Shown one piece after another: positions 35,036 to 43,414 of a DNA stretch of 53,207 nt (the first letter of the stretch is position 1; the number at the start of each line of letters is the position of its first letter). Source of the stretch: a virus (taxonomy: Duplodnaviria > Caudoviricetes); IMG/VR virus record IMGVR_UViG_3300028121_000007, positions 1 through 53,207 of that record; one strand, written 5' to 3'. The translations under genes and the position numbers were made by a program. Below the pieces are notes generated by a model. The model was not told the origin of the DNA. It made no database searches and was given only the letters and a program-made list of their open reading frames with translations.

Positions 35036-35229
35036 GAGGAGGCCCACGAAAGGGCTTTGGTGGCGAGCAGCCTGGCGCTGGCCGCAAGCCAGACGCCGAG
35101 CCGAAAAAGCCGCGCGCGGTGCGGTTATCCGACAGTCAAGCCGCTGCGTTTCAGTCGCTTGGCGGCTCACCCTGGCTGCAAGGGCTGCTGAACCTTGAGA
35201 TTCAGCGACAACAAAAGGAGAAACTATGA
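35032..35229 (+). CDS. Small RHH-like DNA-binding protein (BrnA-like pattern)
   Basis: GAGRKP...PRAVRLSDSQ..AF..LGG..WLQ.LLN. Confidence 0.65.
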   Translation: MRGGPRKGFGGEQPGAGRKPDAEPKKPRAVRLSDSQAAAFQSLGGSPWLQGLLNLEIQRQQKEKL

Positions 35230-35660
35230 GTGAATTAACCGACGAACAGATTCTGGCCGTATTCCGCACGGCCGCCAATCCTGACAAGAATGTTGCGCTG
35301 GAATTTGGACGTGCGCTCATCGCCGCGCATGAGGCGCAGCGTCAAGCCGAGCCGATGTTCGCTGGCTTGATTGCCAAGCACCCCGGTTTGGCAGAAGAAC
35401 TGGCAACAAGGTATCCGCCAGCGGAAGTATTCGCCATCGTGGTTGATAGAGTGAGTGACGAAGGCCTATCGCTGGCAATACATGACGGCGTGAATTACAC
35501 ATTCAGCGACGGCGATTGTTTCGAGCGCGACGGCGATACATTGGGCGGCTATACCGCAGAATTCTTGACGCATTATCAGCTTGAGCGCCGACTCAGCGCG
35601 GCCACGCCAGCACAAGCCGCGCCTGCCGGTCCCGTCAATTCAGATCAGACTGCGCTCTAA
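35226..35660 (+). CDS. Modular hypothetical protein
   Basis: AAGGAG RBS; shares LTDEQI and AAHEAQRQA with the 29535 gene. Confidence 0.65.
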   Translation: MSELTDEQILAVFRTAANPDKNVALEFGRALIAAHEAQRQAEPMFAGLIAKHPGLAEELATRYPPAEVFAIVVDRVSDEGLSLAIHDGVNYTFSDGDCFERDGDTLGGYTAEFLTHYQLERRLSAATPAQAAPAGPVNSDQTAL

Positions 35661-36114
35661 CCCAATCTTGCAACCCCTTCAGCCGCTCAGCATTGGCGTT
35701 CGCAATCCCATAATTCTCGATTACGGTTTGGGCAGCGGTATCAGCGGGGACGGCGGCACCATCAAGGACGCTGGCGGTGTCGGGAATTTCGACATTTTGA
35801 GCGGCGGCGTTGTGCAGGCGGCGATAACCGGCAGGCAGAGCGCAATCAGTAGCTTTGACATACACAGGCACCTTTTCGACAAGGGTTTTGGTGACGGTGC
35901 GAATCTGCACCTGAACGGCCTCTTGCTTGATCGATATCGGAATCCCGACATCGGCTCGCTTGTCGTCGGCCAGCTTGGCTTGCGCTGCGTATTCAGCCTG
36001 CGCTTTGCCGTAGCCGACAGCCTGACGCGACTTGTCCAGCGCCACCAAACCGAACAGTAGCGCGGCGATCAGAGCGCCGTAGAGCGCCCACCGGCCAGGA
36101 TTTAGCCAAGTCAC
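35635..36114 (-). CDS. i-spanin (Rz-like)
   Basis: N-terminal TM helix, coiled coil, EKVPVYV..DC.LP..Y.RLHNAAA...LKGLQDW. Confidence 0.85.
   Translation of the reverse strand: MTWLNPGRWALYGALIAALLFGLVALDKSRQAVGYGKAQAEYAAQAKLADDKRADVGIPISIKQEAVQVQIRTVTKTLVEKVPVYVKATDCALPAGYRRLHNAAAQNVEIPDTASVLDGAAVPADTAAQTVIENYGIANANAERLKGLQDWVRAQSDLN
35721..35861 (-). CDS. o-spanin (Rz1-like lipoprotein) embedded in the i-spanin gene
   Basis: MSKLLIALCLPVIAAC lipobox followed by a Pro-rich tail. Confidence 0.8.
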   Translation of the reverse strand: MSKLLIALCLPVIAACTTPPLKMSKFPTPPASLMVPPSPLIPLPKP

Positions 36115-36167
36115 CGTCCGCCCCGTTTCCACCACAGAGCAATCATGGCGAACCAGATTGGATTCAT
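36111..36167 (-). CDS. 18-aa peptide MNPIWFAMIALWWKRGGR
   Basis: ATGA overlap with the endolysin stop and GTGA overlap with the i-spanin start. Confidence 0.5.
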   Translation of the reverse strand: MNPIWFAMIALWWKRGGR

Positions 36168-36661
36168 TTCAGAACCTCCTGCACGGCCATTGCGTAGAAC
36201 TTTGACCATGTGGCGCGATGCGGTTTACCCGGGCGCCAGCAGCGCAAGGCGTACAGATTCCACGCGGCGGCTTCTTGGCCGATGGCAGGCAGTCGCTGTG
36301 CATCCGTGAACAGCAGCAGGCGCGCCACGCCAGCGGCCAGCACGTCATCGAACTCGATGGCCGTCCAAATAGCCCGGGGTTCAAACTCACACGCCCGGGC
36401 GGCGCATAACTTCGCCAGCCAGTAACGACTCGCGGGATGGAGCCACACGCCCCACACGCCGCCACGGCTCGCCCGGGTGCCAAGCTCAAATTGGTAAAAA
36501 CCCCGGGCGGGACCGTTGCCAAGCTGGCGCCGGAACTCGAAGCGGCTTTCCTGCAAGCCGATGGCCAGCATCATCACCCGGGCTTCTTTACTGTCCATAG
36601 CAGGCGGCAACAGGGCCAAACCCGGGCCGATGCCAGTTTCAATGATGGTTTTCAGGTTCAT
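36164..36661 (-). CDS. Endolysin (lysozyme-like fold)
   Basis: LAIGLQES...GPARGFYQFE...ARLLL.TD..LP...WRPGKPH..W; lies between holin and spanins. Confidence 0.85.
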   Translation of the reverse strand: MNLKTIIETGIGPGLALLPPAMDSKEARVMMLAIGLQESRFEFRRQLGNGPARGFYQFELGTRASRGGVWGVWLHPASRYWLAKLCAARACEFEPRAIWTAIEFDDVLAAGVARLLLFTDAQRLPAIGQEAAAWNLYALRCWRPGKPHRATWSKFYAMAVQEVLK

Positions 36662-36879
36662 GGTGCGCCATTCGGAGCTTGGTCAATAAACTTCCCGCCA
36701 AGGCCGGCCATAGCAACGAAGAACGTCACCCAGGCAATCGCCTTGCCCACGGTGTCCGGCAAATCTTGCTTGACCGATTCAGGCAGCGCGGCCCACATGC
36801 CCTGCACAGACCCGGCAAAGGTCAGTGCCAAGGTGCTGTAGTGCGTCCATACTTCTTTGGGGTTGCTGATAAATTTCAT
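36658..36879 (-). CDS. Holin (2 TM helices)
   Basis: W..YS..L...W.ALP...ID.Q pattern; coupled to the endolysin. Confidence 0.75.
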   Translation of the reverse strand: MKFISNPKEVWTHYSTLALTFAGSVQGMWAALPESVKQDLPDTVGKAIAWVTFFVAMAGLGGKFIDQAPNGAP

Positions 36880-37361
36880 GGTTGCTCTTTCTGTGGTTGA
36901 GTTTTCGCCGCCGACGCCTTGGTTGCAATCCAGCCGACAGCACTGTCTGTAATCGCTGACAGCACGCGCTTGATGCCGTCCTCAATGAATGAGATAAACC
37001 CGCCGCGCATCAAACCCGCGCCGAAAATGCAGCCCACCATCACCCACTGGTTCACCGGCCCGCGCGCGCTTTGCCAGATCATCAGCATCAAAAAAGCCAC
37101 CGCGCCGACAGCCAGCGAGATAAACGCATCGACCGCGCCCTCTTGCAGCACGCGGTAAGTGGGCACAGAACTGCGCAGCGTCATGCCGGTTCGCACGGCC
37201 CCGGCCACCAGCGAGATAAACCCGGCAGTTCCGAACGAAGGCCAGTCAATCCGCATCCAAAAGAACACAGCCAGGCTGTCAATTCCCGCCTCAGCTGCAG
37301 CGGCATGAACACGAAAAACAGTTCCCATCAGCAAAAAGGCCACATACAGCGGCAGGCCCAT
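36876..37361 (-). CDS. Multi-TM holin/antiholin-like membrane protein
   Basis: 3-4 hydrophobic segments, basic C-terminal tail; TGATG coupling. Confidence 0.55.
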   Translation of the reverse strand: MGLPLYVAFLLMGTVFRVHAAAAEAGIDSLAVFFWMRIDWPSFGTAGFISLVAGAVRTGMTLRSSVPTYRVLQEGAVDAFISLAVGAVAFLMLMIWQSARGPVNQWVMVGCIFGAGLMRGGFISFIEDGIKRVLSAITDSAVGWIATKASAAKTQPQKEQP

Positions 37362-38005
37362 CACGCGCGCGCCCGGCCGCATACGTCCTCCCGTTTGCGG
37401 GGTTCCGTCTTGTGGGCGCGAATCATGCGGCTGTTGTGCCAGCAAGCGACAAGCAGGCCTGTTCCAATGAGCATCATGGCGCTGCCCCGGTACGATTCGA
37501 CAATGTGTGCAGCGTCCAGCCTTGCGGCGAAGGCTGAAAGCACGGCAAAGCCAATCCCGCCCATGAACAGGCCTGCACAGCCGATGCCTTCGCACCTTCG
37601 GGACCAGCGGCTGTTCGGGGTAAAGGCGAGCGTGACGATCAGCGGAACAATGCACAAGGCAGCGGTGAAAAACCAGCACACGACAATCCAAGGATGCGCG
37701 GAAGTCGAAGCGATCTTGTAGGCCCAGCTTGACGGATAACCCCAGGCAAACCGAGCCGGCTCCAGCATTTCGCGCAGCATCCACAACAAGTCGAACACCG
37801 CCCACCATCGCAGGCTTGTCACGACCTGACGCAACTCCAACTCGGAGGCGGCATGTGCTTGGCGTTCCTGCTCGATCCCCTTGCGCTCTTGGTCGTGGGC
37901 CAGCCGTTCGGACAAAACTGTCTCATTGCACTGGCGTAGCTTTTCTGAAAGGGTTGCGGGGGGCGTCGTCGTGTCGCCCTCTATGGCTTCTTTTTCGATG
38001 CTCAT
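37361..38005 (-). CDS. Membrane protein (N-terminal coiled coil plus about 4 TM helices)
   Basis: GGAGG RBS; coupled at both ends. Confidence 0.65.
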   Translation of the reverse strand: MSIEKEAIEGDTTTPPATLSEKLRQCNETVLSERLAHDQERKGIEQERQAHAASELELRQVVTSLRWWAVFDLLWMLREMLEPARFAWGYPSSWAYKIASTSAHPWIVVCWFFTAALCIVPLIVTLAFTPNSRWSRRCEGIGCAGLFMGGIGFAVLSAFAARLDAAHIVESYRGSAMMLIGTGLLVACWHNSRMIRAHKTEPRKREDVCGRARA

Positions 38006-38328
38006 GCCAAGGCCTCCAATGCCTCTGTGAAAGTGATGCCAAGGCGGTATTGCGTCAGCATGTGGGCAGCAGCGGCATGTGTGATGCCATCCAGCGCGAT
38101 TTGAACGCGGTAGGCCCTGATCTCAGCGGCAAGGCGAAACTTCTTAGACAGCAGGTAGCGAACCATCCACCAGGGAGTGATCCATGCCTGCTCGCGGTAA
38201 TGCACCAACTCATGCTCGATGAGTGCGTTATCGTGGCGGCACTCTGGCCGCACCAGGATCAGCGGCCACACAGTCATGGCCGCAAAGCCACGCGGGATGA
38301 AGCGGGTCGAGATAATCACTTTATGCAC
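38002..38328 (-). CDS. Small zincin-like metallopeptidase (HExxH)
   Basis: AMTVWPLILVR...LIEHELVHYREQ...EIRAY; GTG start overlaps the tailspike stop. Confidence 0.7.
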   Translation of the reverse strand: MHKVIISTRFIPRGFAAMTVWPLILVRPECRHDNALIEHELVHYREQAWITPWWMVRYLLSKKFRLAAEIRAYRVQIALDGITHAAAAHMLTQYRLGITFTEALEALA

Positions 38329-41035
38329 GAACCCAGAAATTAAGCGGCACATCCGCGCCTGCCTTGGCCGCATTGCCTGACAGCGTGATAGTTTTTGCAG
38401 TCGTGTCGGCGGCCGTCACCGTGACGCCCACGCCAAAGTATTTGATGAGCCAGTCGTGCTGCCAGAGGTAGTCGCCCACCGCAATGTCCGTGGCGGCAAA
38501 ATTGGCAAAGCCATCTCCGCGCCCGATGGCAGTAATGATCGGGCTGCCTGCCGTGATCGTGCCGAACAGCGGGTACGTGGTGCCGTAGGTGCGCGAATTG
38601 AGTACGTACCAGCTTCCCACGCTGGCGCTGATGGCCGTGCGGATGACGTTGCCCGCCCCGTCTGGATTGCTGTAGTTGTTCAGTGCCGTGACATTGGCAA
38701 CCAGGGCTGTGTTGCCCGTGACCAAAAACAAGGTGCCGGTTTGGTCGTCCTGCACCACATCACCGGCCCGGATGCCGTAACGGAAGTTCACAGAACTGGT
38801 GGTGAAGTCCAAAGTTCCCACCAGGCCCGTAAGCGAAAGAATCCCGCCGGTTTTGCCCACGGAGACAATGTTGCGCGGCGCAGCAATGGGCAGTGCCGCC
38901 GCAGCGCTTTCGCTTTGCCTGACCGTTTGCGCAATGCGTGTCAAAGGGGTTGCGCGCCCTTTTGAGGTGCCCGCAGCAAAAGACACTGTATCTGTGCCGA
39001 TGTAGTGCCGGATAGCGGGTGAGACGTCTTTAATAATAGCGACACCCACCGGCATCACGCCTGCGCTGGCATGCTGTGCCAGCAGCCGTGCAGCCGAAGG
39101 CGATGAATACATGTCAGAGGCCGTAAATGCCGTATTGGTAATCGTGGGCGGCTGCGTGGACGGCCCCATCGACACGATGCTCGGATTTCTCAGCATGCCC
39201 CCCGAAAACTGGATTTCGCCACCCGACACGATGTTGGCAGGCACGCCGCGAATCGCAACGGTCCCACTATCGAGCGAGAAATCGCAGGAGTTCATCGCAA
39301 TCGGGTACGCCACGCCCGGCGTGACCAGATCACCCAGACGCCACACCAGCTCGCCGTAGCAGCCATCGAACACCATCGGGCCGCAGGTTCCCCGGTTCAC
39401 GTCCAGAATGCGAATGACGCGCTCGATGGTAGAGCCAGAAATCACCCCGCCGAATTTTCCTACTTGCCGCCCGTGCGTCCGATTAGTAAAAGCTGTATGA
39501 ACATCGCAGATTGTGCTGTTGATGACGTTGACCTGGCGCGACTGTGAATTGCCCGCGCTGATGCCGTACGCGCAGCGGTTGAAAATGGAGTCGGTGACAG
39601 AGACAAAATCCCCGTTGCTGTCGCTGTCCCCCGGCTGAATGGCCAGCGCCACCACAAAGCCCTGAACCGCCACATTGTCAATCAAGGTGACATCGGAGAA
39701 ATTCTTTCCGTATTGCGCAACAGCGCCCAGCGAGGCAGGGTAAGTGACTGCCGGGTAAGCGGTGCCAGGCTTGACGCCAGAATAGGGGTCAACGGCAATC
39801 CCGGCATACGGCGCGTAACGGCTGTTGGCGGTGGCGTGCAGCGTGGAGTCAATCCAGGATGCAAGCGCCGTGTCATCCGAGGTCGGCGAACTGCCGCCAA
39901 AGCCGTTGCCTGCAAGAAAGTCATGGTTCTTGCCGAGCAGCGAAAAGTCCGCCAGCTTGACCCGCCTGCCGCCTTGCACGGCGATGGCCGGGCGGTCAGA
40001 AAACTGCGGCAGGAAAACAGTGCCGCCAAAAGACGAACTGCCGCGATACGAGCTACCCGAGCCGATCAGCGCCAGTTGCCGGAACGTGTCGCCAAACCCC
40101 ACGGACAGCACATCTTCCAGGCTGTAGAGGCCGTGCTGAATATGCAATTTCCCCGATTTGGCTTCATACATGCAGGCGTAAATGCCTTTTTGCAAATCGG
40201 GCTGGGCGTTGTAGGTGCTGGTGTAGCCCTTGATGGCTGAAATCTTGGTTTTGTCGATGAATCGGTCAGAAGAAATCGGCAAGCCGCCCAGCATGTCGGA
40301 CACGGTTTTAAGGTAAGGCGCGCTGAACCCGGCTGTGAGTGGGTCATCGTGACCGACTTGAAGCGAGCCGCCCAGCGATGCCAAATCTTCTTTGGTCGCG
40401 CCCTGATGCACCGCCACCTTACCCGCCGCCAGATCAGCGGCGACAGACGTTGATGTGTGCGCGATGACCGCGACATAGGCAATCCCGGCTGAGACGTAAA
40501 CATCCTTGAGCGCGTAAGCGGTGGCGCCTGCAAAAGCGCCGCGCGCATTGAATGCCGTCAGGGTATTTATCGCTTCCGCCACCAGTGGGTCTTCCGGCAA
40601 ATACCATCCTGTGCCGCTAAAAACTTTTTTCCGCGACAGCGGTGAATTGAAATACTCATCGCCCGCCACATTGACACTGCCATCGATGCGCGTGGATGGG
40701 TCCGCTGCAAGCGCCCCACGGTATTTGTGATTGATCGCGGTTTGCGCGGCCAGGGCAGCGGCGGCGCTGTCGGAGGCTTGTTCAGCGTCGCCAACGATAG
40801 ACAGCGCACTGGCCGCCGCGTCTTGCGCGTGAACCAGCGCATCCGCGACTGCAGCCACCGCACCAGACTCGGCATCTTCTGCGTTGTCGGCAGACGCTTG
40901 AGCGGCCAGCAAAACATCCTCGACACTGACGTCTGCAAGGGTCAGGATGATCCATGCTCTGCCGTTCCATTTCCACGACTTTGCGCCGTAGTTGTAAATT
41001 TGGTTCAGGGTAGGATTGGAGGGGAAATTAAGCAT
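38321..41035 (-). CDS. Second tailspike/depolymerase (beta-helix)
   Basis: 904 aa; N-terminal LNFPSNPT...WKWNG.AW peptide, Ala-rich coiled coil, beta-helix-like body. Confidence 0.8.
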   Translation of the reverse strand: MLNFPSNPTLNQIYNYGAKSWKWNGRAWIILTLADVSVEDVLLAAQASADNAEDAESGAVAAVADALVHAQDAAASALSIVGDAEQASDSAAAALAAQTAINHKYRGALAADPSTRIDGSVNVAGDEYFNSPLSRKKVFSGTGWYLPEDPLVAEAINTLTAFNARGAFAGATAYALKDVYVSAGIAYVAVIAHTSTSVAADLAAGKVAVHQGATKEDLASLGGSLQVGHDDPLTAGFSAPYLKTVSDMLGGLPISSDRFIDKTKISAIKGYTSTYNAQPDLQKGIYACMYEAKSGKLHIQHGLYSLEDVLSVGFGDTFRQLALIGSGSSYRGSSSFGGTVFLPQFSDRPAIAVQGGRRVKLADFSLLGKNHDFLAGNGFGGSSPTSDDTALASWIDSTLHATANSRYAPYAGIAVDPYSGVKPGTAYPAVTYPASLGAVAQYGKNFSDVTLIDNVAVQGFVVALAIQPGDSDSNGDFVSVTDSIFNRCAYGISAGNSQSRQVNVINSTICDVHTAFTNRTHGRQVGKFGGVISGSTIERVIRILDVNRGTCGPMVFDGCYGELVWRLGDLVTPGVAYPIAMNSCDFSLDSGTVAIRGVPANIVSGGEIQFSGGMLRNPSIVSMGPSTQPPTITNTAFTASDMYSSPSAARLLAQHASAGVMPVGVAIIKDVSPAIRHYIGTDTVSFAAGTSKGRATPLTRIAQTVRQSESAAAALPIAAPRNIVSVGKTGGILSLTGLVGTLDFTTSSVNFRYGIRAGDVVQDDQTGTLFLVTGNTALVANVTALNNYSNPDGAGNVIRTAISASVGSWYVLNSRTYGTTYPLFGTITAGSPIITAIGRGDGFANFAATDIAVGDYLWQHDWLIKYFGVGVTVTAADTTAKTITLSGNAAKAGADVPLNFWVRA

Positions 41036-41065
41036 GAGAGAAAAATCCTGTTGAGGGCGCCGGGC

Positions 41066-43411
41066 TTAAAAGCCGCTGGCGCTGGCGACGCTGAAAGAAA
41101 AAGCGCCATCGGTCGGCGTGAACGACGAGTTCACCAGCGTCACATCGAAAGTCGTGGGGGTCTGCTTGATGACAGAGCGAACCAGCGCCGTTCCGCTCGC
41201 ATCGTTGGACACGGCGCTTGCGGTGTAAAACAGCGTTGAAATGCCGAACACCCCGGAAGCTGCGGTGATGCGGTAAATGCCAGCAGACAGCCGGGATGAT
41301 GTGACGAACCGAGGCCCAGTAAGCATGGCGCCCGCCGCGTTGACGGAGCCCGCCACCGTTTGGCCGACATCGAACGGGACGACCAGTGACGAGGTTTCGT
41401 TGTATGTGTTCCCGCCGCCATCGATGAACCGCACGGCGCTGGGCGTGCCGTTGAAGAACGCCCGCGATGCACTCACTGGGTAAGATGCCAGCGACAGGAA
41501 TTTATTACCCTGCAAAATGACATTGACCAGCCCGCCGCCAGAGCTTGTGGCATTGATGCAATTGACGGTATAGCCCGCACCCGAGGCGCGGTTGAACAGG
41601 CAACCCCGGACCATCACGGTCAGTGTGTCGGTCGTGGTGTTGTCAATCAGGATGTCGCCGCCGCCTTTGTTGTTTTCAAAGTAGCAACTGTCAACCACCA
41701 GCGGGCCGGAATAGTTGGCCGTGCCCAGGTTGAGCACCAGGCCGCCCGTGGTCAAATCGCCTTGCGTGCCATTGCTTTCGAAAGTGCAATCCCGAAACGA
41801 ATTCACCGAGCCGGTGACGACCCCTAGCACCGCTGCCAGCCGGTTGCCAGTGAAAGTGCAACGATCAAAACTGACCGCATTGATGCCGCCCAATACCCCA
41901 CTGGATGTCAACTTGGCGCCGTAGTCGCCATAGTTGAAATAAGAATTAAGCACTTTGCCGGTGAAGCAACTCTGCAACTCCAGGCCGCAAGCCATGTACT
42001 GCACCGAAATGTCTTCCAAGCTCCAGTAGGCTTTGTTTTGGATATAAATTCCGCTGTTGGACTTGGCAAAAGCGTAGTCCTGCACCGTCAAACCCTTGAT
42101 CGTGTCCAGTCCGTGAATGCCTTGCCCGGCCCCTTCGTTGTCCGCGCCGAACAAGTTCAGGGCAAAGCCCGTGCCCGCAAAGTTGAGGATTGACCCGCTC
42201 ATGTGGCCCGTGATGCTCAGTCGCGCCGAGGGCGCCCCTGGTGCGGGCATGGCCGTTCGGTAGTCACTGATAAGGCCGGCGACGTGTCGAAACTCGCCGG
42301 AAGGAAAAGTGCCGGACCCGCGCGAGAGCACGGTCTGCAATGCCGGGCCATCGTCCGCAGTACGGTCCCCTTTGGCGCCCGCTTGGCGAATGCTCATCGC
42401 CGTTGAAGATGCCAACTTCCAGCGCCCCCCGTCCGCCGCCACGATGACGGATGCACCGTTATCGAGTGTCGTCGTGTCTGCTGCGTCATAGGCGTACTGA
42501 CCGCCGCCCCCATCACCGGGCGCGTAATACCCAGCGACAAACGCCTGCTTGCTGGGACTGGTCTTGAGCAGGGTACGCAGACCCGTGATGGATGGCACTG
42601 TTTGGCCGCCGCCGCCGATAAGCGCCGCGCCATTGCTGGCCACCAGGTCGGCGCGCAGTTCGGTTGCAAGCGACGAGCCGTCCACCGACGAGCCGAACAT
42701 CTCGACCCATTGGAAACCGTCTGCATCGCCCAGCCACACGAACTCCCGTCCCGTGACCAGATCAATCCACCGGCGATTGGGGGTAGGAAATGGCGGTGGC
42801 GTGGCCGATGTGAAGGGCACCGTAATCAAGGCTGCCGCTTCTGAATCTGCAGCTGCGTCCGCGCTGGCCGCTGCCTCACCCGCTGCCGTGGTGGCAATCA
42901 GCGCCTGGCCGGTGACGTTAAACAGTTGGTCGTTGTAATTGTCATTCGAGACAGTCACCCCGCCCGCCGCATCGAACACCAGGGCTTTCTTGGCCCGAAC
43001 AGAGGCTTTTGGCAGCACCACGGACGCATTGCCATCCGAAGGTGGCAGCTTGATGCTGCGATTGGTCAGCGCGAACAAGTCCTGTTTGGCCATCCACAGC
43101 CGGTCAAAGTCGGCATTGACGGTCTTGGCGTTGAAGTCGCCCGAGTATTGGTAGCTCGTTTCACGCTTCAAGGCCACGGCGCGAACGAAAAGGATGGCCG
43201 CGCCATCGGGAGGCGCAACAGCAAAGGTGATGGTCCCGCCTGCAGGGTTCCCCAATCCCGTCAGCGCATAATCGCTGTTGATGAATCGGTCAACGCCATT
43301 CACCGTCACCCCCAGGTCAGCCGCCAGCGTCAAAAGGAACTGGTAGGCAAAGGACGTGGTGACGCCGTTGCCGGTATGCTGGGTGATTGGCTCTTGCGCG
43401 GGGACTGACAT
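41066..43411 (-). CDS. Tail fibre/tailspike with T7 gp17-like anchor and pectin-lyase-like beta-helix
   Basis: GNGVTTSFAYQF...NADFDRLWM anchor; GYYAPGDGGGG; GAKGD..DD. Confidence 0.9.
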   Translation of the reverse strand: MSVPAQEPITQHTGNGVTTSFAYQFLLTLAADLGVTVNGVDRFINSDYALTGLGNPAGGTITFAVAPPDGAAILFVRAVALKRETSYQYSGDFNAKTVNADFDRLWMAKQDLFALTNRSIKLPPSDGNASVVLPKASVRAKKALVFDAAGGVTVSNDNYNDQLFNVTGQALIATTAAGEAAASADAAADSEAAALITVPFTSATPPPFPTPNRRWIDLVTGREFVWLGDADGFQWVEMFGSSVDGSSLATELRADLVASNGAALIGGGGQTVPSITGLRTLLKTSPSKQAFVAGYYAPGDGGGGQYAYDAADTTTLDNGASVIVAADGGRWKLASSTAMSIRQAGAKGDRTADDGPALQTVLSRGSGTFPSGEFRHVAGLISDYRTAMPAPGAPSARLSITGHMSGSILNFAGTGFALNLFGADNEGAGQGIHGLDTIKGLTVQDYAFAKSNSGIYIQNKAYWSLEDISVQYMACGLELQSCFTGKVLNSYFNYGDYGAKLTSSGVLGGINAVSFDRCTFTGNRLAAVLGVVTGSVNSFRDCTFESNGTQGDLTTGGLVLNLGTANYSGPLVVDSCYFENNKGGGDILIDNTTTDTLTVMVRGCLFNRASGAGYTVNCINATSSGGGLVNVILQGNKFLSLASYPVSASRAFFNGTPSAVRFIDGGGNTYNETSSLVVPFDVGQTVAGSVNAAGAMLTGPRFVTSSRLSAGIYRITAASGVFGISTLFYTASAVSNDASGTALVRSVIKQTPTTFDVTLVNSSFTPTDGAFSFSVASASGF

Positions 43412-43414
43412 GGG

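Noticed and set aside
38321-43411. Diversity-generating retroelement or invertible tail-fibre system as in BPP-1 or Mu
   Set aside because: No reverse transcriptase, invertase or TR/VR repeat pair seen
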